Source of the DNA: a virus
Lineage: Duplodnaviria; Caudoviricetes
Reading direction: 5' to 3' (one strand)
Virus record (IMG/VR): IMGVR_UViG_3300025732_000016
DNA: 64,000 nucleotides
The translations under genes were made by a program, and so were the position numbers. A model generated the notes under the pieces. That model worked only from the letters and a program-made list of their open reading frames with translations. It had not been told where the DNA came from and ran no database searches. This document shows positions 19,737 to 28,134 of the stretch, one piece after another; the first letter of the stretch is position 1, and the number at the start of each line of letters is the position of its first letter.

Positions 19737-20819
19737 CTAATCAAGAGGTTGAAGCATCATCTTGTAGCGCTTTCCTGTCTTGTTGTTGATGACGCAGAGA
19801 AACTCTTCTTCCTCAAGGATTGTCCAGTCTCCACGATCGTTCCGCAGGTGTAGGTCGCCCGTGTACACGTTCTGCCAGCGGAGTGCAGGAGTTCCAAGAT
19901 TGTAGGTGAAGTCGGAGTTGGGAGTGATTGAACCCTTCAAGCCAATCGATCCCGTGATCTGCATTGAGCCCGACATGAAGATGTTTGTTATGCCACCGGT
20001 ATCAGTCGTTCCAATCCTGATATTCGTTGTAACACCCGGGTCTGCCCCAAGACCGAAGTTCAAGTTCTTTGTGCTACCAACCGCGGTGGCACCACACGCG
20101 AGGTTCAAAGTAACGTTGCCAGTCCTCGCAGAAGCGACGGTGAACGTGTGTGAAGTGCTGCCCGCAGAGTTTCCTATTGAGATGCTAGAAGCTGCACTGC
20201 CCAGAGAAATTGTCGATGCATTAGTGGGAAAAACGGTGACTGTGCTAGCGTTAGTTAGGAAGTCACCGCCATTTACTGTGAGGTCACCTTCAATTGCGAG
20301 ATTACCATTTGACTGCGTGGCAGTGATAGTTGCGTTACCGCCTGAGTCCTTTAGAGTGATGCTACCTGAGTAGACGGTATTTCCGCCGAAGAGAGTAGAC
20401 TTGGTGCCGTCTCTTGAACCAGACACATAGAAGAAGACGTCCGCTCCCTTGTCACTTGGAGAGTCAACAGAGCTTTCACCACCTCGGAATGCTGCAGATC
20501 CAGTGGTGAAAATTGATCCGTTTGTCGTTGAATCGAAGAATTCGTCGACTGTTAGAGTGACACCGGTCAGAGTGCCCGAGATGTGAACGTCGCCACCAAA
20601 TGTAACCCTGTCACTGCCGCCAGTAGAGCCAGAGATGAAAAGCCACGTGTCTGAACCTGTACCCGCAAGTATGAGGTTGCCAGTGTCGACGGTGACCCCA
20701 TCGTTCCCAGCAGCCCCTGATCCGATGAGCAGAAGTCTCGGGTTTGTTGAGCTCCCCGATGCGATAAGCCTCTCTGCACGTATGCCAGAAGACTTGAAAT
20801 CTGGTGGTCTTGTAGCCAT
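19737..20819 (-). CDS. Fibre-like virion protein, paralog of 17380..19689
   Basis: Shares 'SDKG.DV.FY.SGS', 'FGG.V.ISGTL' and C-terminal 'RWQNVYTGDLHLRNDRGDWTILEE'. Confidence 0.68.
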   Translation of the reverse strand: MATRPPDFKSSGIRAERLIASGSSTNPRLLLIGSGAAGNDGVTVDTGNLILAGTGSDTWLFISGSTGGSDRVTFGGDVHISGTLTGVTLTVDEFFDSTTNGSIFTTGSAAFRGGESSVDSPSDKGADVFFYVSGSRDGTKSTLFGGNTVYSGSITLKDSGGNATITATQSNGNLAIEGDLTVNGGDFLTNASTVTVFPTNASTISLGSAASSISIGNSAGSTSHTFTVASARTGNVTLNLACGATAVGSTKNLNFGLGADPGVTTNIRIGTTDTGGITNIFMSGSMQITGSIGLKGSITPNSDFTYNLGTPALRWQNVYTGDLHLRNDRGDWTILEEEEFLCVINNKTGKRYKMMLQPLD

Positions 20820-21064
20820 TAGCTTGTACTCGCAATGAGATATTCTGCAGTGCCGCCAGACGTATCAGACGTGATGACTAGAAAGATGTCATTTGTCTGC
20901 TTGTGAGGTGTGATAGACACGTTTGTGTGGGGAGTCATGACCACTCCGACGTTAATAGTAGAGTCTATTGCTGGATCTGTGGCAATCACTGATGACTGAT
21001 CCGCAGCCACTGACATGCTACCAAACTGTAGCACCACTTTGTTGGCTCCCAATTTCGCTCTCAT
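20819..21064 (-). CDS. Small beta-rich hypothetical protein (probable virion accessory)
   Basis: Tightly coupled ORF in the fibre operon. Confidence 0.55.
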   Translation of the reverse strand: MRAKLGANKVVLQFGSMSVAADQSSVIATDPAIDSTINVGVVMTPHTNVSITPHKQTNDIFLVITSDTSGGTAEYLIASTS

Positions 21065-21375
21065 TCTGACACCACAATGATGGAAACTGACTCAGAAGTG
21101 GCAAAGCTCGCACCGACGGTGACTGTATCAGTCGTGATTGCCTTGATGAACACATTGAAGCTGTCATTTTGAGCTGTTGCAACGACGACGGGAACGCTGG
21201 AGTACGTGTGCTTGAAGTTATAGACAACCTCGTTGCTGCCTCCGAAATCTACCACGGCGCTTTCAAGGACGACAGCATCATCCGACTGGTAGGTGTACTT
21301 CGGCTCCTTTCTAAGAAATGGGTAGACTTTCGCGTAGCGATTGAGATCAATCTTACGAAAGACTGCTGTCGCCAT
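21061..21375 (-). CDS. Small protein, H-type-lectin/fibre-tip-like
   Basis: 'VYNFKHTYSSVPVVVAT' resembles the F..F...P.V pattern of H-type lectin/gp53-like domains. Confidence 0.5.
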   Translation of the reverse strand: MATAVFRKIDLNRYAKVYPFLRKEPKYTYQSDDAVVLESAVVDFGGSNEVVYNFKHTYSSVPVVVATAQNDSFNVFIKAITTDTVTVGASFATSESVSIIVVSE

Positions 21376-21411
21376 GAATCACCTCTTCGAGCTAAATAGG
21401 AAGCTCAAAGC

Positions 21412-22725
21412 CTACAGTGATTGACTTGCCAACGTTGCGAGCGGAGATCTTTCACCACGATCGAGCCTGATGTGACCGAAAAGCTGAGAGCCCTTTAACC
21501 TCTCGATCGCGATTGTCAATCCGTTCGAGAACCTGTCGAGGTAGGGAGTGTCAACCTGCTCTGTGTCACCAAGCAGGACCATCTTAGTTCCCTCACCGCA
21601 CCTCGTCACGAGAGTCTTGATCTCGTGGATGGTGAGGTTCTGGGCCTCATCAACGATGATATAACAGTTGCTGAAGCTTCTTCCTCGAATGTAAGAAATG
21701 GGGCTCACTTCAATGATCCCGCGCTGTCTCATGGTCTCGAAATAGGTCGTGTCTCGGAAGGCATTGCGAAAGTTGTCAACGATGGGCATGAGCCACGGAG
21801 CCATCTTCTCATCGAGAGTCCCGGGCAGGTAGCCGAGATCTCTTCCCACGGGCTCGATAGATCTTGTGATGATGATTCGCTCATACTTCTTCGAGTTGAG
21901 ACCAGCCATTCCTGCCGTAAGAGCAAGGAATGTCTTTCCCGAACCAGCAAGGCCTGTCATTGCCACGAGGGGCACATCACCATCGTTCAGGAGGTGGATT
22001 GCCGCTTTCTGCTCCTTCGACCTGGGCGTTATTCCAATGGAGTCGACCTTTGCTTTTGGCTGGATGATCTTACCACCTTTCACCATTCCAATGAGGCTCT
22101 TCTGCGGATTCGTCTCTGAGACTCCCACCACGAGAGAGTTCTCACAGAGGCTCTCAGAGTTCACTGGAGTAACCCACCCATGCTGGTAATAGGATTCCAT
22201 GTCCTCATCACTCAGAGTCATCTGAGATTGGCCAGAGTACACAGGGTTACCTTCTCGAACTGCCTGTGGAACATCCCTGTAATAGTCCTCGGCAGTGATG
22301 CCAATTGCATCGGCCTTGAGCCGGAGGTTGATGTCTTTTGTGACGATGATGACCTGGTTGTCGGGCTTCGAGTGACGCAGCCAGGCAGCAACCCACAGGA
22401 GCTTGTGGTCGCCCTTCTTCAGGTCGAACTCCTTCGGAATGAGACCGTCCTCGATGTCAGACATCCCGTCGCTGACGACTCGGATGTTAACGTCGTTCTC
22501 TGGGAGGTGAATCCCATCGTGGAGACTTCCCTTCTTCCTCAAAGAGTCCAGGGACCTGTTCACTTCTCTCGCCGCGCTGCCGATGAGCTCTTTTCGATCC
22601 TTGAACCTATCGAGCTCCTCGAGAGCTATGAGCGGAATGACCACATCGTTGCCAGTGAATGCGAAGATGGAAGAAGAATCGTAAAGTAGGACGCTGGTGT
22701 CAATGACAAATGTCTTTCTGCTCAA
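21412..22725 (-). CDS. phoH: PhoH family protein (PIN domain plus PhoH ATPase)
   Basis: 'FVIDTSVLL', 'ELDRFK', 'VTKDINLRLKA', Walker A 'GLAGSGKT', 'GYLPG', 'RGRSF', 'DEAQN', 'GDTEQVD', 'ERSPLA'. TTG start at 22725 with GAGGGA upstream. Confidence 0.93.
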   Translation of the reverse strand: MSRKTFVIDTSVLLYDSSSIFAFTGNDVVIPLIALEELDRFKDRKELIGSAAREVNRSLDSLRKKGSLHDGIHLPENDVNIRVVSDGMSDIEDGLIPKEFDLKKGDHKLLWVAAWLRHSKPDNQVIIVTKDINLRLKADAIGITAEDYYRDVPQAVREGNPVYSGQSQMTLSDEDMESYYQHGWVTPVNSESLCENSLVVGVSETNPQKSLIGMVKGGKIIQPKAKVDSIGITPRSKEQKAAIHLLNDGDVPLVAMTGLAGSGKTFLALTAGMAGLNSKKYERIIITRSIEPVGRDLGYLPGTLDEKMAPWLMPIVDNFRNAFRDTTYFETMRQRGIIEVSPISYIRGRSFSNCYIIVDEAQNLTIHEIKTLVTRCGEGTKMVLLGDTEQVDTPYLDRFSNGLTIAIERLKGSQLFGHIRLDRGERSPLATLASQSL

Positions 22726-22782
22726 GTTATTGTCCCTCAGACAAGTTTCTATACATACTTCTGACTTTCGTAACCTTCTCTT

Positions 22783-23058
22783 ATGGCAAGAGAGAAACTT
22801 GAAGTCGTTCCCCACACTACCTGCTTTGCAGAGCACGAGAAGAGGTCACTCTCCTGTGAGAAGTCTTCCTGCCGAATGTGGGTAAAGGATGGTTCCTCGC
22901 TGAACTGCTGCCTCATAAAAGCGCGTGAGCCCCACACTCTCCAAGAGATCGGTGATCTCTTTGGCGTTACCCGCATGCGGATATGCCAACTAGAGAAGTC
23001 GATACTCCGGAAAGTGGAGGCTGCTAACGATCTGACTGAGCTCAACCCTTGCGCTTAG
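22783..23058 (+). CDS. Small sigma70 region-4 HTH protein with Cys/His-rich N-terminus
   Basis: 'HTLQEIGDLFGVTRMRICQLEKSILRK' matches sigma region 4.2. Upstream residues include C, H, C, C and CC. Confidence 0.8.
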   Translation: MAREKLEVVPHTTCFAEHEKRSLSCEKSSCRMWVKDGSSLNCCLIKAREPHTLQEIGDLFGVTRMRICQLEKSILRKVEAANDLTELNPCA

Positions 23059-23440
23059 ATGCCTTCGCGACAGGAGCTGCGGCAACAGGAGATTCCACCT
23101 CTACGGCGGGCTCCTGCGCTGGGGACTCAGGAGATGGCTCTGGAGTAACCACTGCGGGCTCAACCACAACCGGCTCCTCGATGAGTGCCGCAGCCGCAGC
23201 TGGAGGTTCAGAAGTGATGGCAGCAGGAGTCTCCTCAACCTGCTCTTCTCTGACGGGAAGAGCAACCCCAGCAACCCCAGCAACCTCAGTCTGAGTCTCA
23301 GTATGGGTCACGGGTGCATCTTCTGTCTGAGGCACCCAACCACGCGGTCGAGAAGGCTCAACAGGGTGAGACGGGGCAACCCCACGCGGCCGTGGCGCGG
23401 GTGGCTCAACAAGAGGAGCTACCCCACGGGGCAGTGACAT
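23042..23440 (-). CDS. Low-complexity Pro/Ala/Glu-rich protein with PRG(V/W) repeats
   Basis: 'PRGVAP' twice and 'PRGWVP' once, an acidic P/A/E body, and a basic tail 'KASKRKG'. Confidence 0.6.
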   Translation of the reverse strand: MSLPRGVAPLVEPPAPRPRGVAPSHPVEPSRPRGWVPQTEDAPVTHTETQTEVAGVAGVALPVREEQVEETPAAITSEPPAAAAALIEEPVVVEPAVVTPEPSPESPAQEPAVEVESPVAAAPVAKASKRKG

Positions 23441-23646
23441 TACTCTACCTTCTCTGACTTCCGAGACTTCTCAGTCTCAACAGTCACCTTTGTGAGCGCT
23501 GCAGCTCTCGCCTTCAGGGTACGAAGTCCCTTGCGAGCCCTGACTCCTGCCGATGCATTTCCAGCAGCGTTCTTACGAACATCGAGGTCAATGCCCTCAA
23601 CGATTCCCCGAATCTCGGTCCAAATCTCCAGGATCGAATTCTCCAC
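23440..23646 (-). CDS. Histone H1-like (Hc1-family) small nucleoid protein
   Basis: 'GNASAGVRARKGL' resembles the GN(K/A)AAG.RARK signature of Hc1-family proteins. Confidence 0.7.
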   Translation of the reverse strand: MENSILEIWTEIRGIVEGIDLDVRKNAAGNASAGVRARKGLRTLKARAAALTKVTVETEKSRKSEKVE

Positions 23647-23866
23647 TTGCTTTTTCTCCTTCGGGAGCGATGAGCTCCTCTTTGTTGATGATGTGAGGCT
23701 TGATGACCTCTAGTACCGAGAGCATCGCTTCTCGGTTCTCTAACTCCAGGCTGAGAAGCTCAATGAGCTTCATTCTCTGGTAGTCAGTGACTCCAAAATC
23801 GTTTATTCTCTGATTGATCTCGCGGCATGTCTGAATCTGCCTGAGCCAATCTGTGTCGATTGACAT
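23597..23866 (-). CDS. Hypothetical protein
   Basis: Coupled ORF, helical, 'IELLSLELEN'. Confidence 0.6.
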   Translation of the reverse strand: MSIDTDWLRQIQTCREINQRINDFGVTDYQRMKLIELLSLELENREAMLSVLEVIKPHIINKEELIAPEGEKASGEFDPGDLDRDSGNR

Positions 23867-24333
23867 TAGAATGTCTCCGTCATGTCGTATGACTCGATCT
23901 TGAACTTATTCGAGCCCTCAAAAGTGAGAGTCTTTCCCTTCACTTTACCATCCTCTGACTGCCTCGTCAAGACTATTCTCTCACCCCATCTCTGGTTTGA
24001 GTAGATGAAGTGAGCTTGTTCCCAAGTAGCTATGTCACACTCATAGCTTGCAAGAACATTAGAGAGCTCTGTGGGGATCATAAGCGAGATGTCTTTGACA
24101 GTGATTATCGACGATGATTTTTCTTTCGTAGTGATCTCAGACTTGCAAAAGTCAATGACAGAATGGATCACTCCGCAATTCGTACACTCAGCGTCCTTTG
24201 GTATTACGTTACCACCATCGTCCAACACCGAGAACACTACGAACGAGTGATACACAGGATTGGGCAACCTCCTTAAAGTAGGGAGGACGCAATGGCACTG
24301 CACGAGATGCTTGATCCCTTCCATTCTGCTCAC
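23866..24333 (-). CDS. Hypothetical protein, putative Zn-binding
   Basis: 'HLVQCHC', 'CTNCGVIH...C'. Overlapping start/stop with neighbours. Confidence 0.65.
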   Translation of the reverse strand: MSRMEGIKHLVQCHCVLPTLRRLPNPVYHSFVVFSVLDDGGNVIPKDAECTNCGVIHSVIDFCKSEITTKEKSSSIITVKDISLMIPTELSNVLASYECDIATWEQAHFIYSNQRWGERIVLTRQSEDGKVKGKTLTFEGSNKFKIESYDMTETF

Positions 24334-24551
24334 TTACGAAAAAATTTCTGAACCTGTCCCCAAAGCGACGGGTAAGCGTTGTTCGCAGACTGCTCAATGC
24401 TTAGCTGCACAGCTGCAACAATCTTCTGCGTCACTCTATCATCGATCCCTTCTTGACGACAAATCGTGATAATGTTGTTAGAAGTCGTGTCCTTCACTGC
24501 ACCGAAAACATTGAAGTACTGTCTTCCAAAATCAGCTTCATTCATGTACAC
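24330..24551 (-). CDS. Hypothetical protein
   Basis: First ORF of a coupled run, with GAGG SD. Confidence 0.55.
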   Translation of the reverse strand: MYMNEADFGRQYFNVFGAVKDTTSNNIITICRQEGIDDRVTQKIVAAVQLSIEQSANNAYPSLWGQVQKFFRK

Positions 24552-24590
24552 CTCATGTTGTATCGAATCATCAAGAGCGATAGTGTAAAC

Positions 24591-25046
24591 TTACCTTGCA
24601 CTCTTATCAGCCAGTGTTGAAGATACCCAAGAGTTAGGCTTCACCTGGCACTTGAAGCCGTAGGCTCCCACCATTGCAGTGAGCTCTTTTACGTACTTCG
24701 AAGACTTGTGGACGGCAGTGTTGAGATCGAGGTGAACCTCTGGGTCCCTTCCAAACTCATCTCGAATTTCGCTTGCAACTGTGAGAGATCTAACAGCCTC
24801 CTCAGTAAGCCGCTGGTGTAGGTGGCGAAAATCAGACTTTTGCGCCTGGTCCCTGACGTAGAAGAACCTGCCTCCCTTGCCCGGGTAGTACACTGCAATC
24901 ACTGTCGCAAACACCCACTGTCCACCGAGCATGTGTGAGTCTGATCCAACGAAGATCTGGACTTCCTTGTCACGAATGAGAGACTCGAGCTCTTCTGTTT
25001 TTGCCGTCTCTCCGCTTGGCCACTTCCACTTTCTTGTCGATAACAA
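24591..25046 (-). CDS. RNase H-like YkuK (DUF458) family protein
   Basis: 'IFVGSDS', 'FATVI', 'GGRFFY', 'RL.EEA.RSL', 'VHLDLN', 'VKPNSWVSS.LADK'. Confidence 0.8.
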   Translation of the reverse strand: MLSTRKWKWPSGETAKTEELESLIRDKEVQIFVGSDSHMLGGQWVFATVIAVYYPGKGGRFFYVRDQAQKSDFRHLHQRLTEEAVRSLTVASEIRDEFGRDPEVHLDLNTAVHKSSKYVKELTAMVGAYGFKCQVKPNSWVSSTLADKSAR

Positions 25047-26232
25047 GGGCGCCTCCCGTATTTCTAACTAGCTGTCTGAACGCTTCATACGTTGAGAGGG
25101 CAATTTTGTAAGAGTCACCTGGGTACGCCCTACACCCAATCATCGTGATTCCCTTTCTCCTTGACACGAGGAAGCATCTCATGCCATGGTCAAATCTTTC
25201 TTTCACTATCTCTCTTGTATCGCCGAACTCTTCACCGATGCAGACAGAAACTCTCCTCGAAGAGATTCTCGAGATGCGATTCTGCAACATTCGCAAGATA
25301 TCAGGATCGCTGAACTGTGAGATCTCACCCCGCAGCTTTCTCAATAACTCATCTCGCCCAGCAGTATCTCTCAAGTGAACCTTGAGCTTACCGTTCTCTA
25401 CGACAACATCGTGACAGTTAGAGTCGTCCTCGTGGGAGATGAGGTTGACAGTCTCCTGCCCAATGACCGTGCTCAAGTCTGAGATCGTAAATTCGTCCTC
25501 GACCGAGGTTCCGGGAGTGAGGGGCACGATGTCAAAAACTCCCCTCTGGTTGTTGGCGAAGATCGTGCTGGCCACCTCTGAAGAGAACGCTCTCGCAACG
25601 AGCAGGACTCGAGAATTGTCAAGTGAACACTTCTCGAGGAATGTGTTCACTTGACCGACGCTCTCGATGACCCCGTCAAAAACGACTATTTGTCTGGAAG
25701 TTAGGGATCGAGAGGTGTGAAAGCTCGGAGAGACTATCACTGGATAGGACGATGACTCGTCAACAGAGATGTGTGTAATGCCTCCGACTGAGACTGAGAC
25801 ATTCCCTGTGGCTCCCGCCTGCCCGATGCTGTCGAGTAACAGGCTTCTCACCGTCTCGTCTTGGACATCGTCGATGAGAGCCGGGAGGTCGCTCTCCAAC
25901 ATCGTCCTTGTACCCGATGCCACCAGTTTTTCGCCTGATAGAAGACGCAAGAAGAGGTATGAAGAGGCGGGTGAAGCCTGCTCAGCCCTGTACGCCGACA
26001 ACAGGACCAATGAGCGAGCGATTCTTTCAATGTCACTCTTGGACTTCCAAGACGACAGGACCCTGAGAGAGTCTGCGGGTGACCCTCCCAGTGCCCTGTC
26101 CTTGAAGACCTCGACTATCGAAGAACCGATAGTCTCGATAGTCCCTTGAGCTATCTTCCTCGCCGCGGCAAGGACAGACTCACCGTCACCAGTGAGTCGT
26201 CTAGCTGTCTCTCCAGAGGTTGTTGGCGGCAA
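24970..26232 (-). CDS. Highly divergent GroEL/Cpn60-like protein
   Basis: Apical-domain-like 'IVVFDGVIESV..V..FLEK...VLLVARAFSSEV..T...N..RG...IVP', then 'LQNRISRI...V.V.IG' (cf. LQERLAKL.GGVAVIKVG). Probable TTG start at 26232 with GAGGAG 10 nt upstream. Confidence 0.65.
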   Translation of the reverse strand: MPPTTSGETARRLTGDGESVLAAARKIAQGTIETIGSSIVEVFKDRALGGSPADSLRVLSSWKSKSDIERIARSLVLLSAYRAEQASPASSYLFLRLLSGEKLVASGTRTMLESDLPALIDDVQDETVRSLLLDSIGQAGATGNVSVSVGGITHISVDESSSYPVIVSPSFHTSRSLTSRQIVVFDGVIESVGQVNTFLEKCSLDNSRVLLVARAFSSEVASTIFANNQRGVFDIVPLTPGTSVEDEFTISDLSTVIGQETVNLISHEDDSNCHDVVVENGKLKVHLRDTAGRDELLRKLRGEISQFSDPDILRMLQNRISRISSRRVSVCIGEEFGDTREIVKERFDHGMRCFLVSRRKGITMIGCRAYPGDSYKIALSTYEAFRQLVRNTGGALVIDKKVEVAKRRDGKNRRARVSHS

Positions 26233-28126
26233 AGGTGATAATCTCCTCAGCAGATTCTGGTGTGTAGCCGTAGTCTTGTACAAGCGCATTGACCATTTCT
26301 GAGTACTTCTTCTGCTGCTCGTTGTCTCTGCTCTTTGACTTCGTGACAATTCGCGCCATGTCCTTCACTGAGGAGATGAGGTAGCCCTCGATCGCCTCAC
26401 GGAGGGGCTCGTAGGAGCGGTAGTCGACCTTCGTTCCGCGCCGAATCTTCGCGAACATGTAGGCCGTCACGTCAGCTCGGAACCCGTCCTTCATCGAGCC
26501 CGTGATCCCGATCTGCTCCTCGAGAGCCTTCATGAACTTCTCGTCAGGCTCTCTCTCCTCGGAGGTGACCCTGTCCTTCATCTTCTGTCGAGTCGTGAAG
26601 GCCTCTGCGTTGTCGAGGTAGTTGTCGAAGAGAGACTGGGCCTGCTCCTCGTAGGCGGTGACGAACGCCTTTGCGATCTCTCCCTCGAGGATCTTCAGGT
26701 ACTCCTCACGGATGACCTTCTGGAGGATCTCGAGATAGTTCTTCTTCTTCTCCTCGTCGACAACCTGCTCCTTCACCTGCTTGATGAGAGCTTCGACGAC
26801 TCTCATCGGAGTGATGAAACCCTTGTCAGAGTCGGTGAGTGCAGAGTCAATTGCCTTCGTGATGAATCGGGTAGAGATTCCCTCCATACCCTCGTGCTTT
26901 GCCTCATCACGGAGGTCAGTGATGTCGACCTTGCGCGTCCTGCCCTTCTCGACAATCTCCTGGCCGTCGTAGATCTTCATCTTGGTGAGGAGGTCACACT
27001 TCTGGGAAGGCTTGAGGCGGCTCATCACCGAGAACATTGCCGCGACCTTGATCGTATGGGGAGCGAGGTGATACTTGAAGTCGGACTTGCGAAGCATCTT
27101 CTCGTAGATCTTCATCTCCTGCGTGAGCTCCAGGACGTATGGAACCTCGATCTTCACGACGCGATCGAGGATGGCCTCGTTCGTGTGCTCAGACTTGAAG
27201 CGATTCCACTCTGCCTCGTTGCAGTGTGAGAGGATGACACCGTCGAAGTAGAGCATCGAGTTCTTGCCCGGTGTCGGAACATTCTTCTCCTGGGTCGCAG
27301 TGAGGATCGTGTGGAGGAACTCGATCTCGTTCTTGAAGATCTCGACAAATTCCACCACACCGCGGTTACCGACGTTGAATGCACCGTTGAGGTTCAGGAC
27401 TCGGGGATCGTCCTCGGAGAACTTGTCCAGCTTTGAGATGTCCTCTGAGCCGATGAGGGCCGAAACGTCCTGAGAGTTGGCATCCATGGGAGGGACGACC
27501 GCGATACCCCTGCGCGCTCTCTGCGAGAAGGATGAGCGGACCACAGGGAACTTCTCGTACTCGCCCTTGAACTCTTCCATGAGCCTGTATCGACAGACCG
27601 GACAGAGGTCTCCCTCGATGTGGACACCGAGGATCTTCTCGAACTCCTCCCTCAATGACCTCGGAAGGAGGTGAAGCGGCTCCTCGCGAACTGGGCAGCC
27701 ATCGAGATGGTAGACGGGCTCTGCAGCCTTCTCAAGAGCCTTCTTCACCGCGTCGGCAAGTGCGCTCTTTCCTGATCCGACAGGTCCCATGAGAAGCAGG
27801 ACCTGCCTGCTTTCCTCACCCTTCAGGGCAGCGGACTTCAGGAATCGCATGAGCTTTGCAATGACGCGCTCATGGCCGTAGAATTCGTCCCTGAAGTAGC
27901 TGTAGGTCTTTAGCTTGTCGCTGCCGAACAGCTTTCGGCAGCGAGGATCAGTCTCATCCATTGTGCTCACACCGTATGACTCTACGGCGTCAACGAGTCT
28001 CCTCGCGGCGAGCTTTGTCACGTCAGGATCTTCCTTGACGAGCTTCAGGTAGTCGATGAAACTACCCTTCCAAGAGTCCTTCTGCGACTCAACCCTTTGC
28101 TTCTTAATGATGTCGAGAAAATCCAC
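26201..28126 (-). CDS. prkA: PrkA/YeaG family AAA+ protein (serine kinase annotation)
   Basis: Walker A 'GPVGSGKS', 'CPVREEPLHL', 'GNRGVVEFVEIFK', 'LLTATQE'-like 'ILTATQE', 'H.NEAEW', 'EAILDR', 'EGMEGISTRF'. Confidence 0.93.
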   Translation of the reverse strand: MDFLDIIKKQRVESQKDSWKGSFIDYLKLVKEDPDVTKLAARRLVDAVESYGVSTMDETDPRCRKLFGSDKLKTYSYFRDEFYGHERVIAKLMRFLKSAALKGEESRQVLLLMGPVGSGKSALADAVKKALEKAAEPVYHLDGCPVREEPLHLLPRSLREEFEKILGVHIEGDLCPVCRYRLMEEFKGEYEKFPVVRSSFSQRARRGIAVVPPMDANSQDVSALIGSEDISKLDKFSEDDPRVLNLNGAFNVGNRGVVEFVEIFKNEIEFLHTILTATQEKNVPTPGKNSMLYFDGVILSHCNEAEWNRFKSEHTNEAILDRVVKIEVPYVLELTQEMKIYEKMLRKSDFKYHLAPHTIKVAAMFSVMSRLKPSQKCDLLTKMKIYDGQEIVEKGRTRKVDITDLRDEAKHEGMEGISTRFITKAIDSALTDSDKGFITPMRVVEALIKQVKEQVVDEEKKKNYLEILQKVIREEYLKILEGEIAKAFVTAYEEQAQSLFDNYLDNAEAFTTRQKMKDRVTSEEREPDEKFMKALEEQIGITGSMKDGFRADVTAYMFAKIRRGTKVDYRSYEPLREAIEGYLISSVKDMARIVTKSKSRDNEQQKKYSEMVNALVQDYGYTPESAEEIITFAANNLWRDS

Positions 28127-28134
28127 GTTCCCTC

